Under the pieces are notes generated by a model, which was not told the DNA's origin, ran no database searches, and saw only the letters and a program-made list of their open reading frames with translations. DNA of 64,000 bases from Eledone cirrhosa (lineage: Eukaryota): the NCBI GenBank assembly GCA_964016885.1, contig OZ024758.1, forward strand, positions 8,246,001 through 8,310,000. Direction: 5' to 3'. The position numbers and the translations under genes are program-made. Shown one piece after another: positions 12,687 to 25,590 of this stretch; the first letter of the stretch is position 1; each line of letters begins with the position of its first letter.

Positions 12687-12752
12687 TATTTTATTATATA
12701 TATTTCAAGGGCCACCAAGGCAAATTATGGTGCACTTTCATCAGATAAAATA
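12687..12752 (-). ncRNA. Canonical type I hammerhead ribozyme
   Basis: Minus strand: TATTTTAT-CTGATGA-AAGTGCACCA(taatttgcct)TGGTGGCCCTT-GAAA-TATATA-TA-ATAAAATA. 8-bp perfect stem I, complete CUGAUGA/GAAA core, 9-bp stem II, AUA cleavage triplet. Confidence 0.8.
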
Positions 12753-12888
12753 CAATACAGATTAGTTTTATAAATAAATATTGACATACCCTGAAAAAAG
12801 ACAACCTTAACGGTTGGAGCTTCCTGGATAGTCAAAATGTTTAAGCTTGTTGAATCCCAACAAATTAAATAGAACCTCTGCATATATA

Positions 12889-13052
12889 TATAAGGAAAAG
12901 AAATCGAAAATGCAACTGGAGTCTTTTTAAGAATATTTATTTGTTTCCTTTGCCGGTTCCATCTCAATTCTACTTTTGAAAAGTAGCAAACCGGCAAAGG
13001 AAATAAATATTCTTAAAAAGACTCGTTGCATTTTCGATTTCTTTTCCTTATA
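12889..13052. mobile_element. Fold-back element, ~65-bp arms, next to (TA)n
   Basis: TATAAGGAAAAGAAATCGAAAATGCAAC...TGCCGGTT / AACCGGCA...TTTTCCTTATA; small CTACTTT/AAAGTAG hairpin in spacer. Confidence 0.8.
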
Positions 13053-14363
13053 CTTTCACTCGTGTAGGACATCTCGTTTTTTTTTTATTAAAAAAAACCT
13101 CGTGTTCTTATATATATAATATATATATATATATATTAAAGAACGTTTTAAAATCATTTTCTCACAAAAGTCTACATAAAATTAAACTTAGCAATTAAGA
13201 GAAAAATGTTATCCGTCAGATATAAAATATTTTTCTTGTTTGATTGCTTTTAAAGTTCAATAAATAATTCTTATAAATTGGTTGATTGGATAAATAATAT
13301 ACTTAATATTTCTTAATCCTTTAACATCTTGTAATGATTTAGCAGAACATGTCTAGTAATTCGAATGTTTATAGTATATTTTACTAGGGGGACAGATTGT
13401 TGTGAAAATTACAGAAAACTAAAGTAAAATCTTTAATGTGATAGTCATAGTACTATTTTTTTTACTTTTCAAGAACGTCTTGTTAATGTGGTTTCGTGTG
13501 GCTCGGGATATAAAGAGTTATATAGTAATACCATTTTAAAATAGTATTCTTGGTGTTTTATTCCTGTTAAATGTCGTTTCGAATGAACTATTATCATTGT
13601 TATTTTGTGGTTGCTCTACTTTGCTCTCTTGTAAGAAGTCTTAGGTGTGTCGTCTTTAGTATTTTTTTTGTAAATGTCGTGGGTGGAGTTCATCCTACTC
13701 TAGATCTGGACATGATCGATTTCTTCCAATGAGAGAGAAAGAAGAGGAATCGATCCCAGAACTTGACTGGACCATTGGAATAATAAAAAGTTAACTCTGA
13801 ACCCGGTGACATTTGAACTCAGGACACAGCAATAACAATAACCAACTAAGCTGCCAATCCACCACCTATTTCTGTTGTTGTTGGATACTAAAACATTCTT
13901 TTTGCTTTAGTTTTACAATATCTCCTTCCTACTTAAGTACTTTACACACCTGTATATATATAAAAAAAAAAAGGAGTGTCTATTACAATAGAAAGGGAAG
14001 TTTAGCTATGTTTGTTGTCTGACTGTTGCACCTTCCTCCTCATTTCCTTAATTACTACAAAGGTAAGATGTACAAACAGTTAAAGATCCACTCCCTGGCC
14101 TTGTTTACCTGAAATATTAGTTTGAAATCATTTTTATTTGCAGCCGGTTTAACAAACAAACAAACAAAAAAAAAAAAGGCTAAAATTGAATAGAAAGGTA
14201 ATATTTACAACACTTGTCCCACCGACTGTTATATACCTGCTGTGGTCTATTGTAGATTTGATCTACAATGAGATCAGGTTTTAGATGGAGACTTTAAGAA
14301 ATGAACAATTGGGTGCGAGGTGTGTGTGTATGTATGTACACACACACACATACATACAAACAA

Positions 14364-14394
<31 letters not shown>

Positions 14395-14574
14395 GCAATA
14401 AAATGTTCCGTTTAATGGATTTAGGTTGTTATTGTGTATCGACTTGCTACGCACGTTTCGCAGAGGGTTGGCTCAAGGTCAATTCTGGAAGTTATGAACC
14501 CAACTCCAGTATCGCTCTGCCTGTCAGGCTGTGATTCAACAGAAGAATAAAATGTTATGTTTTATTATTATTAT

Positions 14575-14770
14575 GTAGATTGGCAGTATCGGTAGAGGGT
14601 CGGACGCCATGCTTTGCAGCATAGAGTTACGGCCCTTTATGGTCTAACTTCAAATCCCGCCGAGGTTAACTTTGCCTTTCGTCCTTACGGGGTCGATAAA
14701 ATAAAGTACCAGTAATACACTGGGATAATTGTTGGCCTTGTGCCAAAAGTAGAAACAATTATTATTATTA
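14575..14770 (+). mobile_element. SINE-A, near full length
   Basis: Box A, box B-like, conserved core and (ATT)n tail. Confidence 0.88.
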
Positions 14771-15054
14771 TCATGTAACGTCCATCTTCCCTGCTAGCAA
14801 GGATTGGGTGGTCTTCGCACAGTTAGTACTCAGTTGCTGACCCCATGGATGGCTTGGTACCTGTAATATATATATCATCATCATCGTTTAACGTCTATCT
14901 TCCACGCTAGCATGGGTTAGGCGGGTTTGTCCCACTGGAGGCAAGATTGGTCGGATGACCGTGTCTCGCTCATATAGGATTGTATCTGGCTGGTTTTCTA
15001 CGGCTGGATGCCCTTCCTAACGCCTATATATATATATATATTGTATGTGTGTGT

Positions 15055-15200
15055 AATATAGAAATGACTTCTACAGGACTGGAACTGTTTTATTCGAAGG
15101 AAATCATTCGAATGAAACAGTTCTAGTCCTGTAGAGGCCATTTCTATATTAAACATTGTATATAGTATTGAATACCTTACTGTGGTTACCCCCGATTGAA
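15055..15200. mobile_element. Fold-back element, 44-bp arms (15055-15098 / 15107-15150) plus tail
   Basis: Arm 2 has GAAAC-AGTTCTA-GTC-CTGTAG (HHR 3' half); relatives at 12598, 35949, 36654. Confidence 0.75.
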
Positions 15201-15231
<31 letters not shown>

Positions 15232-15297
15232 GGCAGCATGACTCTCCCTAAGTGTGTGTGTGTGTATGTACATATATATATATATATATATACACAC

Positions 15298-15616
15298 ACA
15301 GGTAAAATTCCGTTATAACGAATACCATTTTAACGAATTTTTCAGTATAGCGAAATTCTTTTCACTCCACGTCCAGAAGCTTATTAAAACAGAAATAATC
15401 TTGTTATAATTATTTCTACTATTGGCACAAGGCCAGCAATTAGCCAGTACATTACTGGTACTTTATTTTATCGACCCCGTAAGGATGAAAGGCAAAGTTA
15501 ACCTCGGCGGGATTTGAACTCAGACCATAAAGGGAGATAACTGATCTGAGTTCAAATCCCGCCGAGGTTAACTTTTGTTATAATGAAATTCATTAAGAGT
15601 TTTTCGTTACAACAAT
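15298..15616. mobile_element. pogo/Tigger-type MITE interrupted by a fold-back SINE-A
   Basis: Starts CAGGTAAAATTCCGTTATAACGAA as in the intact copy at 24703; SINE flanked by TTGTTATAAT duplication. Confidence 0.72.
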
Positions 15617-15865
15617 TTTATCGACCCAGTATTGATGAAAGGCAAAGCTAATCGCAGCAGGATTTGAACTCGGATCGTAAAGGGACGTAACACTATGCCA
15701 TAAAGCATGCTGTCTAACGCTCTACAGATGATACTGCTAATATATATTACATACTCTAAACACATCTATGAGGTGAGTATCTCTGAGAACTAACTTTATC
15801 TGAGGAATTAGTTAAACTAGTAGTTTAGATGTTGGAGGATTGTCTTACTTCAAGTAGCATCACCT

Positions 15866-16137
15866 TTACCACCACTACTACTACCACCACCACTACTACT
15901 ACCACCACCACCACTACTACTATACTACTACTACTACCACCACTACTACTATTACCACTACTACCACCACCACTACTACTATACTACTACTACTACCACC
16001 ACTACTACCACCACTACTACTACTATACTACTACTACCACCACTACTACTACTACTACTACCACTGCTACCACCACCCCTACTACTACTACCACCACCAC
16101 TATTACTACCAGTACTACCACCACTACCACCACTATA
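15866..16137. repeat. (ACT)n/(ACC)n trinucleotide tract
   Basis: Direct read. Confidence 0.96.
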
Positions 16138-16530
16138 GTCTGCTTCACCATCTCTCAGTAACAAATGATTCTTCTCTAAACACCCGTTACCTCTGCTATG
16201 ACGAAGTTCCTCCTTCAGTTCCCCTTACCCAGCATTAACGTCTGGATTTTCCCTTGCTTCCAACCAAGGGCCTTGTTTCAAGGGGGTACCAGGGGACAAG
16301 TCCCTCCTCCCTTTCAGGAACGGGGACAAACTATCTTTTGTCCCCCTACTTTTTCCCAATTTATTCAAACGTCTATATTTTATTTTTTGTTTATTTGATA
16401 TAAATTCCTTTTAAGCTTATTTTTTTTTATATCTGAACTTCATTTGAATATATAAAATTTAATTAGCTTAAAATGTTACTTATTTGATAGGGTCTGGGAA
16501 AAGCAACATAAGCAATACTAACATGTTCCT

Positions 16531-16741
16531 TTAACCCTTTACCATTTACATTACTCTATATATACTATTATATTTTCATGGTAAAGGCTTTATCTCATAA
16601 TTATCTCGCATAATATCGAATCTATGAGATTTTGATATTATTTATTTTGAGAACAATACCTTAACATCAGTTTGAGGGGCTGGTTATGGCCGGTTTCAAC
16701 AGAAAGAGCTGAGAGATTTCTGGCTGGATTTGGCTGGTTAA
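16531..16741. mobile_element. piggyBac-type MITE (TTAA-CCCTTT family)
   Basis: Begins TTAACCCTTT; homologous to 25342, 31272, 40577, 45470, 46020. Confidence 0.72.
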
Positions 16742-17835
16742 GAATCAACAAATGTTGGTTTGTCCCTTACACATTTTTAAGGCAAACGAGGCCTCTGCTT
16801 CCAACTCATTGTCATCTTCAAAAACATCCTTTAGGGCGGTAGTGATGGTGGTTGCTCTCCCAACTCATCTCGTATACATCAGGTTTCCAGAAATAGCAAA
16901 TGATATCAACACTATTCCACCCACAAATGACTCTCAGCTTCTTTGTAAGAAATGTCTTGTATCTGACACAATATATGATAAACATTCAACTGAGATGAAG
17001 AGATGTCCAAAAACATATCAGTCTTGTATACGTGTGCAATAAAGACCCCAACAAATCAAATAACGAAGCCATATGCACTTCTAAAACTTTTATCAGCTAA
17101 AAGCTAAAAAAAATGGTGAAGTAATTTTGGAAGTTGAAATTGTGTCATATATATAATTTGGTAATAAAATTGTTACAACTCTAGTGTTTACCTGTTACAT
17201 TCATTAAGCGAAAACACTCTGGATGTGTGTCATCAGAGATAAGTGCAGACGTATTGCAAAAGCTGAGTCAATTGTGAATATGTCAGCTACTACCAGAACC
17301 AACAAGCTAACTGGAACAGAGAGAAAAAATAAGACAATATACAGTACTAAAACATTTGACTCCTCTGCACGCCACCCAATAAGCTACTTCATATGAGTGT
17401 GTAGTGCAGTCCACAGTCAAATAGAAGTATCTAGAGTACTGAAGTTGGTGATTGTACATGGCCTACACGCCAGTGTTGACCAGATCTATATAACTAGGAC
17501 ATTAGTAAAACTAGGGCAAGGTTTTGGTGACAGGATATGTATGAATCACTAACTTTTTGATTGGTAGTTCAAACCTTATAAAATCGGATGTTGCTCCCTC
17601 CCCCTTCTCTATCACTTTCTCCCCCACTCCCCCTCTTTCTCTTTGCCCCCCCCCCCCCCCCTCCACATATGGCATATTGTTGGAAAATCTTTGGTTATTA
17701 TAATAATGTCTTCAGCTTCTAATATTAAGAGATAGATATTGATAATAGTGTATAATACCTTTTATTTAGGGGTTCCATGAAACATGAAAACTATTTCAAG
17801 GGTTCCGCAAGGGTAAAAAGTTGGAGAAACTATTT

Positions 17836-18004
17836 TACGAGGGTCGGATGAAAGGTTACTAGGCTGACCAAGATACTCTCATGGAATGACCAAATGGGGG
17901 TTTATTTTTCAACAAGAAGAGTTGTAATTAATGCATGCAAGATTTGACAGCTCTAACATCACTCCTTCATAGTTAGCCCATGAACTTTTCAGCCTACCCT
18001 TGTA
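17836..18004. mobile_element. Mariner-type MITE, uninterrupted
   Basis: TA-CGAGGGTCGGATGAAAG ... CTTTTCAGCCTACCCTTG-TA. Confidence 0.85.
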
Positions 18005-18624
18005 GAGTGTCTTTCCTTAACAATAAGGATTTCCCATGTTATTATCAGATTGATTTTTAATTTGATCAATACTTATGTATATCAAAAATGTTTTTCTTTC
18101 ATATGACACTGTTTAGTTATGGAGAATAATTTTTTATTTTTATTTTGAAACTGACTAAACTAAACTTAGTATCTAGGTGTACACCAACAGCTGTTCTACT
18201 GTTCTGACTCATAGCAATCTATATTGTTAGAATCAGTGTCATATCTCTGTCATAACGATTGTATGCTGTACAACCATCACTAGGTGAAGTTCATCAAGAA
18301 CCTTAGCAATCAATACAGCAGCAGGTGTTACAATAAATATCTGACGTGTGTATATCATTTCAATGGTTATTAAGGAGGTCCCACAAATAAAATCACCTAG
18401 CCCCATTCTTTCTATCGATTTTTTTTTTTTTTTTTTTTAATTTTAAAACCGTTAACTTTTAGAGTGTTTTGTTGTATTTGTTCTAAGTTCAAACCCTTCA
18501 TGTTCACAGATCTGCCGTCAAGTGGGGTGAATGCACTGAATGGCATTTCCCCCACCCTACTTTTCAATGGTGTGCCATTAGATTTAGAAAATAGTTTATA
18601 AAAAATGAATAAAGTAAATGGGGT

Positions 18625-18670
<46 letters not shown>

Positions 18671-18940
18671 GGACTTTCCCCTCCCCTAAAATTGTTTGGC
18701 CTTGTTCCTAAATCAGAAACCATTATTCAGGATTGGTGGGGTACCTGAATCAACCCTGAGTGGTTATCCCCCTCCCCCCACTTATTGGCGAATTTTGTTG
18801 TATTTTTCTTGTTTATTGTTGTTTTCCTATTTTTTTACTTGATTTTTGTGTAAAACTCCCACTGTTCCCGTCTATTGTATTGCCCCCTATATGTCGGCCC
18901 TTATGGCCAATAAATGAAACCATTATTGTTATTATTATGT

Positions 18941-19352
18941 AGGGTGGTGGATTGGCAGTATCAGTAGAGCGTCGGACAATATGCTTCGTGGCATAGTTAT
19001 GGCCCTTTACGTTCTAAGTTCAAATCACGCTGAGGTTAACTTTGTCTGTCATCCTTACGGGGTCGATAAAATAAAGTACCAGTAATGCACTGGGGTAATT
19101 GCTGGCCTTGTGCCTAAAGTCGAAACAATTATTATTATATAGGGTGGTGGATTGGTAGAATCAGTAGAGTATCAGACAATATGCTTTGTGGTATTTAGTT
19201 ATGACATTCTAACATTCTGAGATCAAATCCCACCGAGGTCAGCTTTGCCTTTAGGGTCAATAAAATAAATTTTACCAGTAATGCACTGAGGTCGATTTAT
19301 CGACTTTCTCCTCCCTTCAAAATTATTGGCCTTCAGAAACCATAATTATTAT
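18941..19352 (+). mobile_element. Two tandem SINE-A copies
   Basis: Both start AGGGTGGTGGATTGG and end in (ATT)n. Confidence 0.85.
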
Positions 19353-19774
19353 TATAGCTCATTTACTTAAATGATATTTATTGGTATGATCTGTGTGTGT
19401 TCACGGTTGCCATAGGAATAAAACCATTTAAGCAGCTAAAGATTAACCTACTTTTTAACCATAAATCATAAAATCCATCTGTAAAACAATCTGTGTAGTT
19501 CCACCTGTTAATCCTCTCCAACTTTTCTGTTTATCCAATTCTCTCTCTCTTTCTCTCTTTCCATCATATGTATACATACATCCATATATACAGTGTACCC
19601 CTGACATTCGCAATCCCGACATTCGCGGTCCTGGTTATTTGAGGAATTTTCTTTAGAACCTAACTAATAATTGTTCGTGGAAACCCCTGCATATTCATAA
19701 ATATCTTCCACGATTTTCTTTTTGGCTTTTTTCGTGGCAATTTACATTTTTTTTAACACTAAATTATTAATAAC

Positions 19775-19802
<28 letters not shown>

Positions 19803-19809
<7 letters not shown>

Positions 19810-20018
19810 ATGTATAATAAACAACACTGTATAATTACCTCACTACTCGAGGTTTCCTGAACAGGACGAACAAATGCGGACGTCTCTTGTGTTCGTCCTG
19901 TTCAGGAAACCTCAGGTAATGAGGTAATTATACTGTGTTGTTTATTATACATTAAATATTTAGCTCTGTTACTTACATAGAGCACTCTTCCTTTTACTTT
20001 TTCCACGGAAACTTCAAC
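19803..20018. mobile_element. Fold-back element, ~70-bp arms (19803-19872 / 19890-19959) plus tail, between (TA)n runs
   Basis: Arms are reverse complements; arm 2 has GAAA-CCTCAGG-TA (HHR 3' half). Confidence 0.78.
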
Positions 20019-21019
20019 ATATATATATATATATATATATATTTATTAAAATAACAGATTAAAGTTTAAGCAAAGAATCACTGCTTTCACCCTTAACGGG
20101 ATCCTCTGAAACTAACAAAGTCAATCTGTGAACGCAGAAGTAAATATTTCAAAAAAGTTGCAACCGGAAGAAGACAGGCAGACGATACTTTGGTTTGTGG
20201 AAATGTTCGTGAACCCTAACCTACCAGAGTACTGGATACTTGGGTAGTAGAGTGGGTAATATGAAAAGATTCAGGACCCTAATGGCTGATCCCCAGCCGT
20301 TTCGACAGCTACATGTTTATATATATATATAAGCAGTGTTTTATTAATCAATTGTTGTCTCTTATGGAATCCACAAAAGACAATTCAACTGTAATATCAT
20401 CATCATTGTTTAACATCCATTTTCCCACACTAACATGGGTTAAACAAGTTGTTCCATTAAGAAACAAGCCAGATCAGATGGTTGTGTCTTGCTCATAAAG
20501 AACTGATTTTAGCTTCGTTTCTATTACTATATTAAGGATTTTTTGCAAGCAGCAATAATTAGAAGTGTACTCAAGTAGAATGTGTTAGTTAGTCCTGCTA
20601 TATAGCAGCCACCATACTTTATTACACTCATTGTAAACCTCATGACACTTTATAAAAGTTTTCTTGCTAAATTTACTCCTTTTTAACTAATCCTGGGTCT
20701 ATGAAAATGTTTATATTTATCTAAAAACCTTCCACCTTGATTTTATACAAGAACCTTTAGGTTATGTCCCAAACACCAGCTTGATAATGAAAAAGTTATT
20801 TTACTAAATCCCTCCAAATTATTGATTATTTAAAGAAAATATTTGTAAATCATATATAGCATCTTTCATTAGAAATATGGTAACAAAATCTGATAGTTTA
20901 AAAAAATTATTTATTAGTCTTTCTCTCAAAGTTACTAGTATACCATGGTGGAATTATATATAAAATAAGCTGTACTTCATTCACTGGAATTATTACACTC
21001 TGCTTCTTTTATATATAAT

Positions 21020-21500
21020 TACTAGCTGAATGACCCGGGGTTGCCAGGGTTACTGCTGTTCTTTTTCAGATTAGTAAACAATAAATATGAAGAAACATTT
21101 TTTTTCTCATAATTATTTCAAAATTGTAATAATAGAATTTAGAAATGAAAATCTATCAATCTTGAAGCACCTCAGGGTAAACAATATTCATTGTATAATT
21201 TTTTTTTTTTTACGTGAAGATGTGTGTGTATGTAACTTACTAAGGTTAATGTAACGAATGTGCAAACACACACATTCGTATACAAAATGTGATGTCATGG
21301 TATTATAAAATATCCTTTTACTTAGATTATTTTAGATAAAATGTTATATTGTTTTAATCCAAAATGAAAATAAAAATTACATGTTAATCCCGGGGTCTAT
21401 ACTACCTTGTAAAATTTGATTTGATTTGGTTGATCCATTTGAGGATGCATAAGGAAAAGACGGACAAACAGACAGAAAGACAAATAATTTTATATAGAGA
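21020..21500 (+). mobile_element. Non-autonomous Helitron/HINE-like element
   Basis: 5' ACTAG...ACCCGGGGTTGCCAGGGT hairpin, 3' ACAGACAGA..TTTTATATAG; related end on minus at ~32915-32947. Confidence 0.55.
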
Positions 21501-22589
21501 GATATCTGGTTCACAACATATAACTATTATCTAGACATTAAATATCTCTCTCTCTCTCTCTCATACCCTCTCTCTCTCTCTCTCATACTCTCTCTCTCTC
21601 TCTCTCTCTCTCTCATACCCTCTCTCACACATACCCTCTCTCACCCACACCCTCTCTCACCCACACCCTCTCTCACTTCAACTGAAGTGCTGCTATAATC
21701 ACATTCCTCCACAACCACTGATAACATATGAGTGTTGTTTGGTGTATTACTTCTTTACCTTCCTGTCCATTCTTACCTGCCACACAAGGTTCCAGGTATG
21801 TAATACAAGAGTTGTGAACTGAAGCGTTTTCAATTCAGGTTATAATCTATCATTATATATATATATATTCAGAGATGAATGATCCTTTTCTGTTTTTGCT
21901 AATGTCAATGACTCAATAAAGAATGCCATCCTTAACTGTACTGTACTGCACTACTAAACTTATCTACTTACTTACTTATTTGCTTACTTGATTTTGTTTT
22001 TATATTTAGTTATTTATTTACTGCTGAAATGTTGAAAGATATTAGTCAAGGATCCAAGTGAGATCATCAACCACCCACTAGTTTTTATTAGTAGCATAAA
22101 TATAATAGCTGGAATGTCAAATGAGATATTGTCACCAGATTATACTATTCAAATAATGTATCTTCTGATATAGATCATCATCATCATCATTGTTTATTGT
22201 CCATTTTCCCCAAGCTGGCATGGGTTGGACGAGTTGTCCTATTGTGAGACAAGTCAAGTCAGATGACCGTGTCTTGCTCACACACGACTGCTTCTGGCTT
22301 GGTTTCTATGTCCGGATGCCTTTCCTAATGCCAATCACATTTACAGGGTGTCCAGGGTACTTTTTGTTGTGACAACACCTACATGACCACACCTACATGA
22401 CCACTTTACAGGGTGTACAGGGTACTTTTTGTTGTGACAACGCCTACATGACCACTTTACAGTGTGGACTGGGTAGTTGTTGTTGTGACCGCCTACATGA
22501 CCACTTTAGTGTGGACTGGCAGTTTTTGTTGTGACAACGCCTACATGACCACTTTAGTGTGGACTGGGCAGTTTTTGTTACTAATACTT

Positions 22590-23060
22590 TAATAAGTTCC
22601 AGAGACTGAGAGGTGTGTTAATTAGGAGAGGAATGCCACTGAAACTGATGGGAAAGGTGTGTGAGTAGTGTCATGATTTATGGGAACAAGACATGGATGA
22701 TGAATGTGGAGCAGCAGAGAAAGCTGGAAAGAACAGATGAGAATTATCTAGCAGATAAGGGAAGTATTGCCGAGAGAGAGAGAAAGACAAATAAATGAAT
22801 TGTAGAGGATGATGGGAATGGAATCTGTGTTGAATGTTGTGAAGAGAAATGGAATGAGATGGTTGGGTCATGTGCTGAGAAAGGATGAAAATGACTGGGT
22901 GAGAGGAATTATGAAAAGGAATGTGGAAGTAGAGGAAGAAAAAGAAAGATGTGGCTAAACATGATGGAGATAGAAATGAAAGCCAGAGGGTTGGGGAGAG
23001 GAGGGAGGTAAAGAAGCTTATTATGGATCCCTCACCTCCACATGGCTAACCCCTGATTTA
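22590..23060 (+). mobile_element. RTE-clade LINE 3' fragment
   Basis: ESVLNVVKRNGMRWLGHVLRKDENDWVRGIM resembles the RLRWFGHV.R motif of RTE ORF C-termini. Confidence 0.75.
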
Positions 23061-23639
23061 GTAGGGAAATAACCCTTTAAATGTTTGTAATCAAGTTTAG
23101 TGTACCAAACTGCAGTCTTATTTCTACTATTCTTTATTTTGTGTATGTAGTAAAAGTATATACACTAAAAAATGCACTCTATTTGGTGGAAATAACAAAC
23201 ACACCTTTATTCAGGTGTGACATGTATCAAGACTATATTATCTGGTATTTTTGTTTATTTTGTTATTGATACATTTAGTACATTTAGTTTTATACAGGGT
23301 AAGTCACTGGGCAATCAATACATTTTTATTACAAGCTTCACAAATAACTTTTTAGACATCCGCTTATTTATGTTTGATCAGCCATGGTTATATTTTTTTA
23401 ACTACTTTTATTTGATGTATTTGTAATTTCCTACTGTATGACCAGAATTTTAGTAAATATCATTTGGAATATAAATGTTAGACTTCCCCGTTACTTATGA
23501 TTCACCTTCTATATTATTAGTTCCAGATTCATTACAAACAAAAGAAAACAATTTCATTAAGATGAATTCTGAAATACTGTTTAATATAACATTTTAATGA
23601 CAAAATACACAATACAAAACAATTTTAATCTATAAATAA

Positions 23640-23641
23640 TT

Positions 23642-23685
<44 letters not shown>

Positions 23686-23756
23686 TATACACATATATAT
23701 ATATACACACTCTATCTCTATCTCTATCTCTCTCTTTCTCTCTCTCTCTATCTCTC

Positions 23757-23815
<59 letters not shown>

Positions 23816-23828
23816 TTCTCTCTCTTTC

Positions 23829-23859
<31 letters not shown>

Positions 23860-23884
23860 CTCTCTATCTCTCTATCTCTCTCTT

Positions 23885-23918
<34 letters not shown>

Positions 23919-24008
23919 TCTTTCTATCTTTCTCTCTTTCTATCTCTCTCTCTTTCTATCTCTCTCTTTCTATCTCTCTCTCTTTTCTCTTTCTCTCTCT
24001 CTCTCTCT
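23640..24008. repeat. (TA)n then (CT)n/(CTTT)/(CTAT) compound microsatellite
   Basis: Direct read. Confidence 0.95.
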
Positions 24009-24702
24009 TCATTTTCTAATTTGTTTTGCAAGATTTCTTATCTGAAAGCATGTGTTGAAACATTGTTACACTTTGAGAGGCTCATGCTGCCATTACAGAA
24101 ACTCAGGTGTGTGTGTTTCTATTGACAGCAAGAGGAGATAGTGAATATAACATATACAGATCGTGCCATTGTCCAAACTGCATGGTGTCCAACATATATA
24201 TATATATATATATATAGTCTTTATGTTAGACTATATATATATATATATATTTATTTATATCTGTATTTTTAACCGTTGGTCAATCAATGATAAACATTGA
24301 TTGCCAAATAAATTAACTATGGAGGTATAAAAGATGCAGAAGTGAAAACCAACCAAACAATGAGTGTGTTCTGTTATTTCTGGCAATATTATTACAACAA
24401 CATGACCCTCCCCAAGTATAATAATATATATATCACTCCCTCTCTCCCTCTCAAAGTTCCTCCCTAACCTCTTGATGAAGGACTTGCGTCCGAAACGTTG
24501 TAACCTCGCCCACTCTCACCAAGCGTGAAACTAATAACACTATGTACCAGTAATATTAACCAGTATAAGAAAAATAATTTTTGGAAAAAGCTATATTATA
24601 TTTAAAGTATAGTTTATACTAATGGCCTTGTTCCTGGTGCCATTTTATATAGACAGACTTGTTTAATCTAAAACATGTTACATGTGGAAGACCTAAATAT
24701 AA

Positions 24703-24845
24703 TACAGGTAAAATTCCGTTATAACGAATATCAGTATAACGAAATTTGTTTAATCCCTTGCCACACGCTCAGTGTGTTGGGTCGATCTCGTTACAACGAA
24801 TCTTTTTATATCCCTTGAATTTCGTTATAATGGAATTTCACTGTA
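24703..24845. mobile_element. pogo/Tigger-type MITE
   Basis: TA-CAGGTAAAATTCCGTTATAACGAA ... TTCGTTATAATGGAATTTCACTG-TA. Confidence 0.8.
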
Positions 24846-25341
24846 GTATATCTATAGTGTTGATGATCTACATAAATGCACCAGTACACTCTGTAAAGAG
24901 CATCCAGTCATAGAAAACCCTGCGAAACAAAAGGTTGAGAAACCCCTTCAGCAATGCGAAGAACTTCCTTAGTGCTGGTGACACGATAAAATGATAAAGT
25001 GTACATAGTGTGGGATTGTATATCAAGACTCCAACCCACCTGGAGATCAAAGGCTCCACATCAGTACTGACCAGTGACAAAGTCCAACTCTTGTTAAGAG
25101 GGAAAACGGATGTTAAACGATGATGATGGTAATGATCTATAAATTTTACGTAAGACTGTATATGGTTAATATCATTGTAGAAAGAAAATATTAGAATGTT
25201 AGATTAGATTACTGTTGTCTAAAAGATTCAATAATTTGATATTGTTTAAACAAATGTTTTGTTTAATTTTATATTCTCATTTACATTTATTTTTCAACCA
25301 TAAAAGTTTTGTTCTTGGGAAAACAAAACCTAAAATTCAAT

Positions 25342-25590
25342 TTAACCCTTTAATGTTCAAACCGGCCAAAACCGACCAGAATTCTCTACCTCTTTCTGTT
25401 GAAACTGGCTGTAACTGGTCGTTCAAACTGATGTTAAGGTATTGTTCTCAAAATGAATACTTTCAAAATCTCATGGATTCGATATTATGCGAGATAATTA
25501 TGCGAGGTAAAGCCTTTACCATGAAAATATAATAGAGTAATGTAAAATATAATAGTACATTATAGAGTAATATGAATACTAAAGGATTAA
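25342..25590. mobile_element. piggyBac-type MITE
   Basis: TTAA-CCCTTTA ... TAAAGGA-TTAA. Confidence 0.8.

Noticed and set aside
24472-24502. Hammerhead-like TTGATGA-A-GGAC-TTGC-GTCC-GAAACGTTG
   Set aside because: C3 is mutated and no complementary stem I was found; at most a dead remnant. The same applies to partial cores near 11993, 12412-12419 and 20081-20108.
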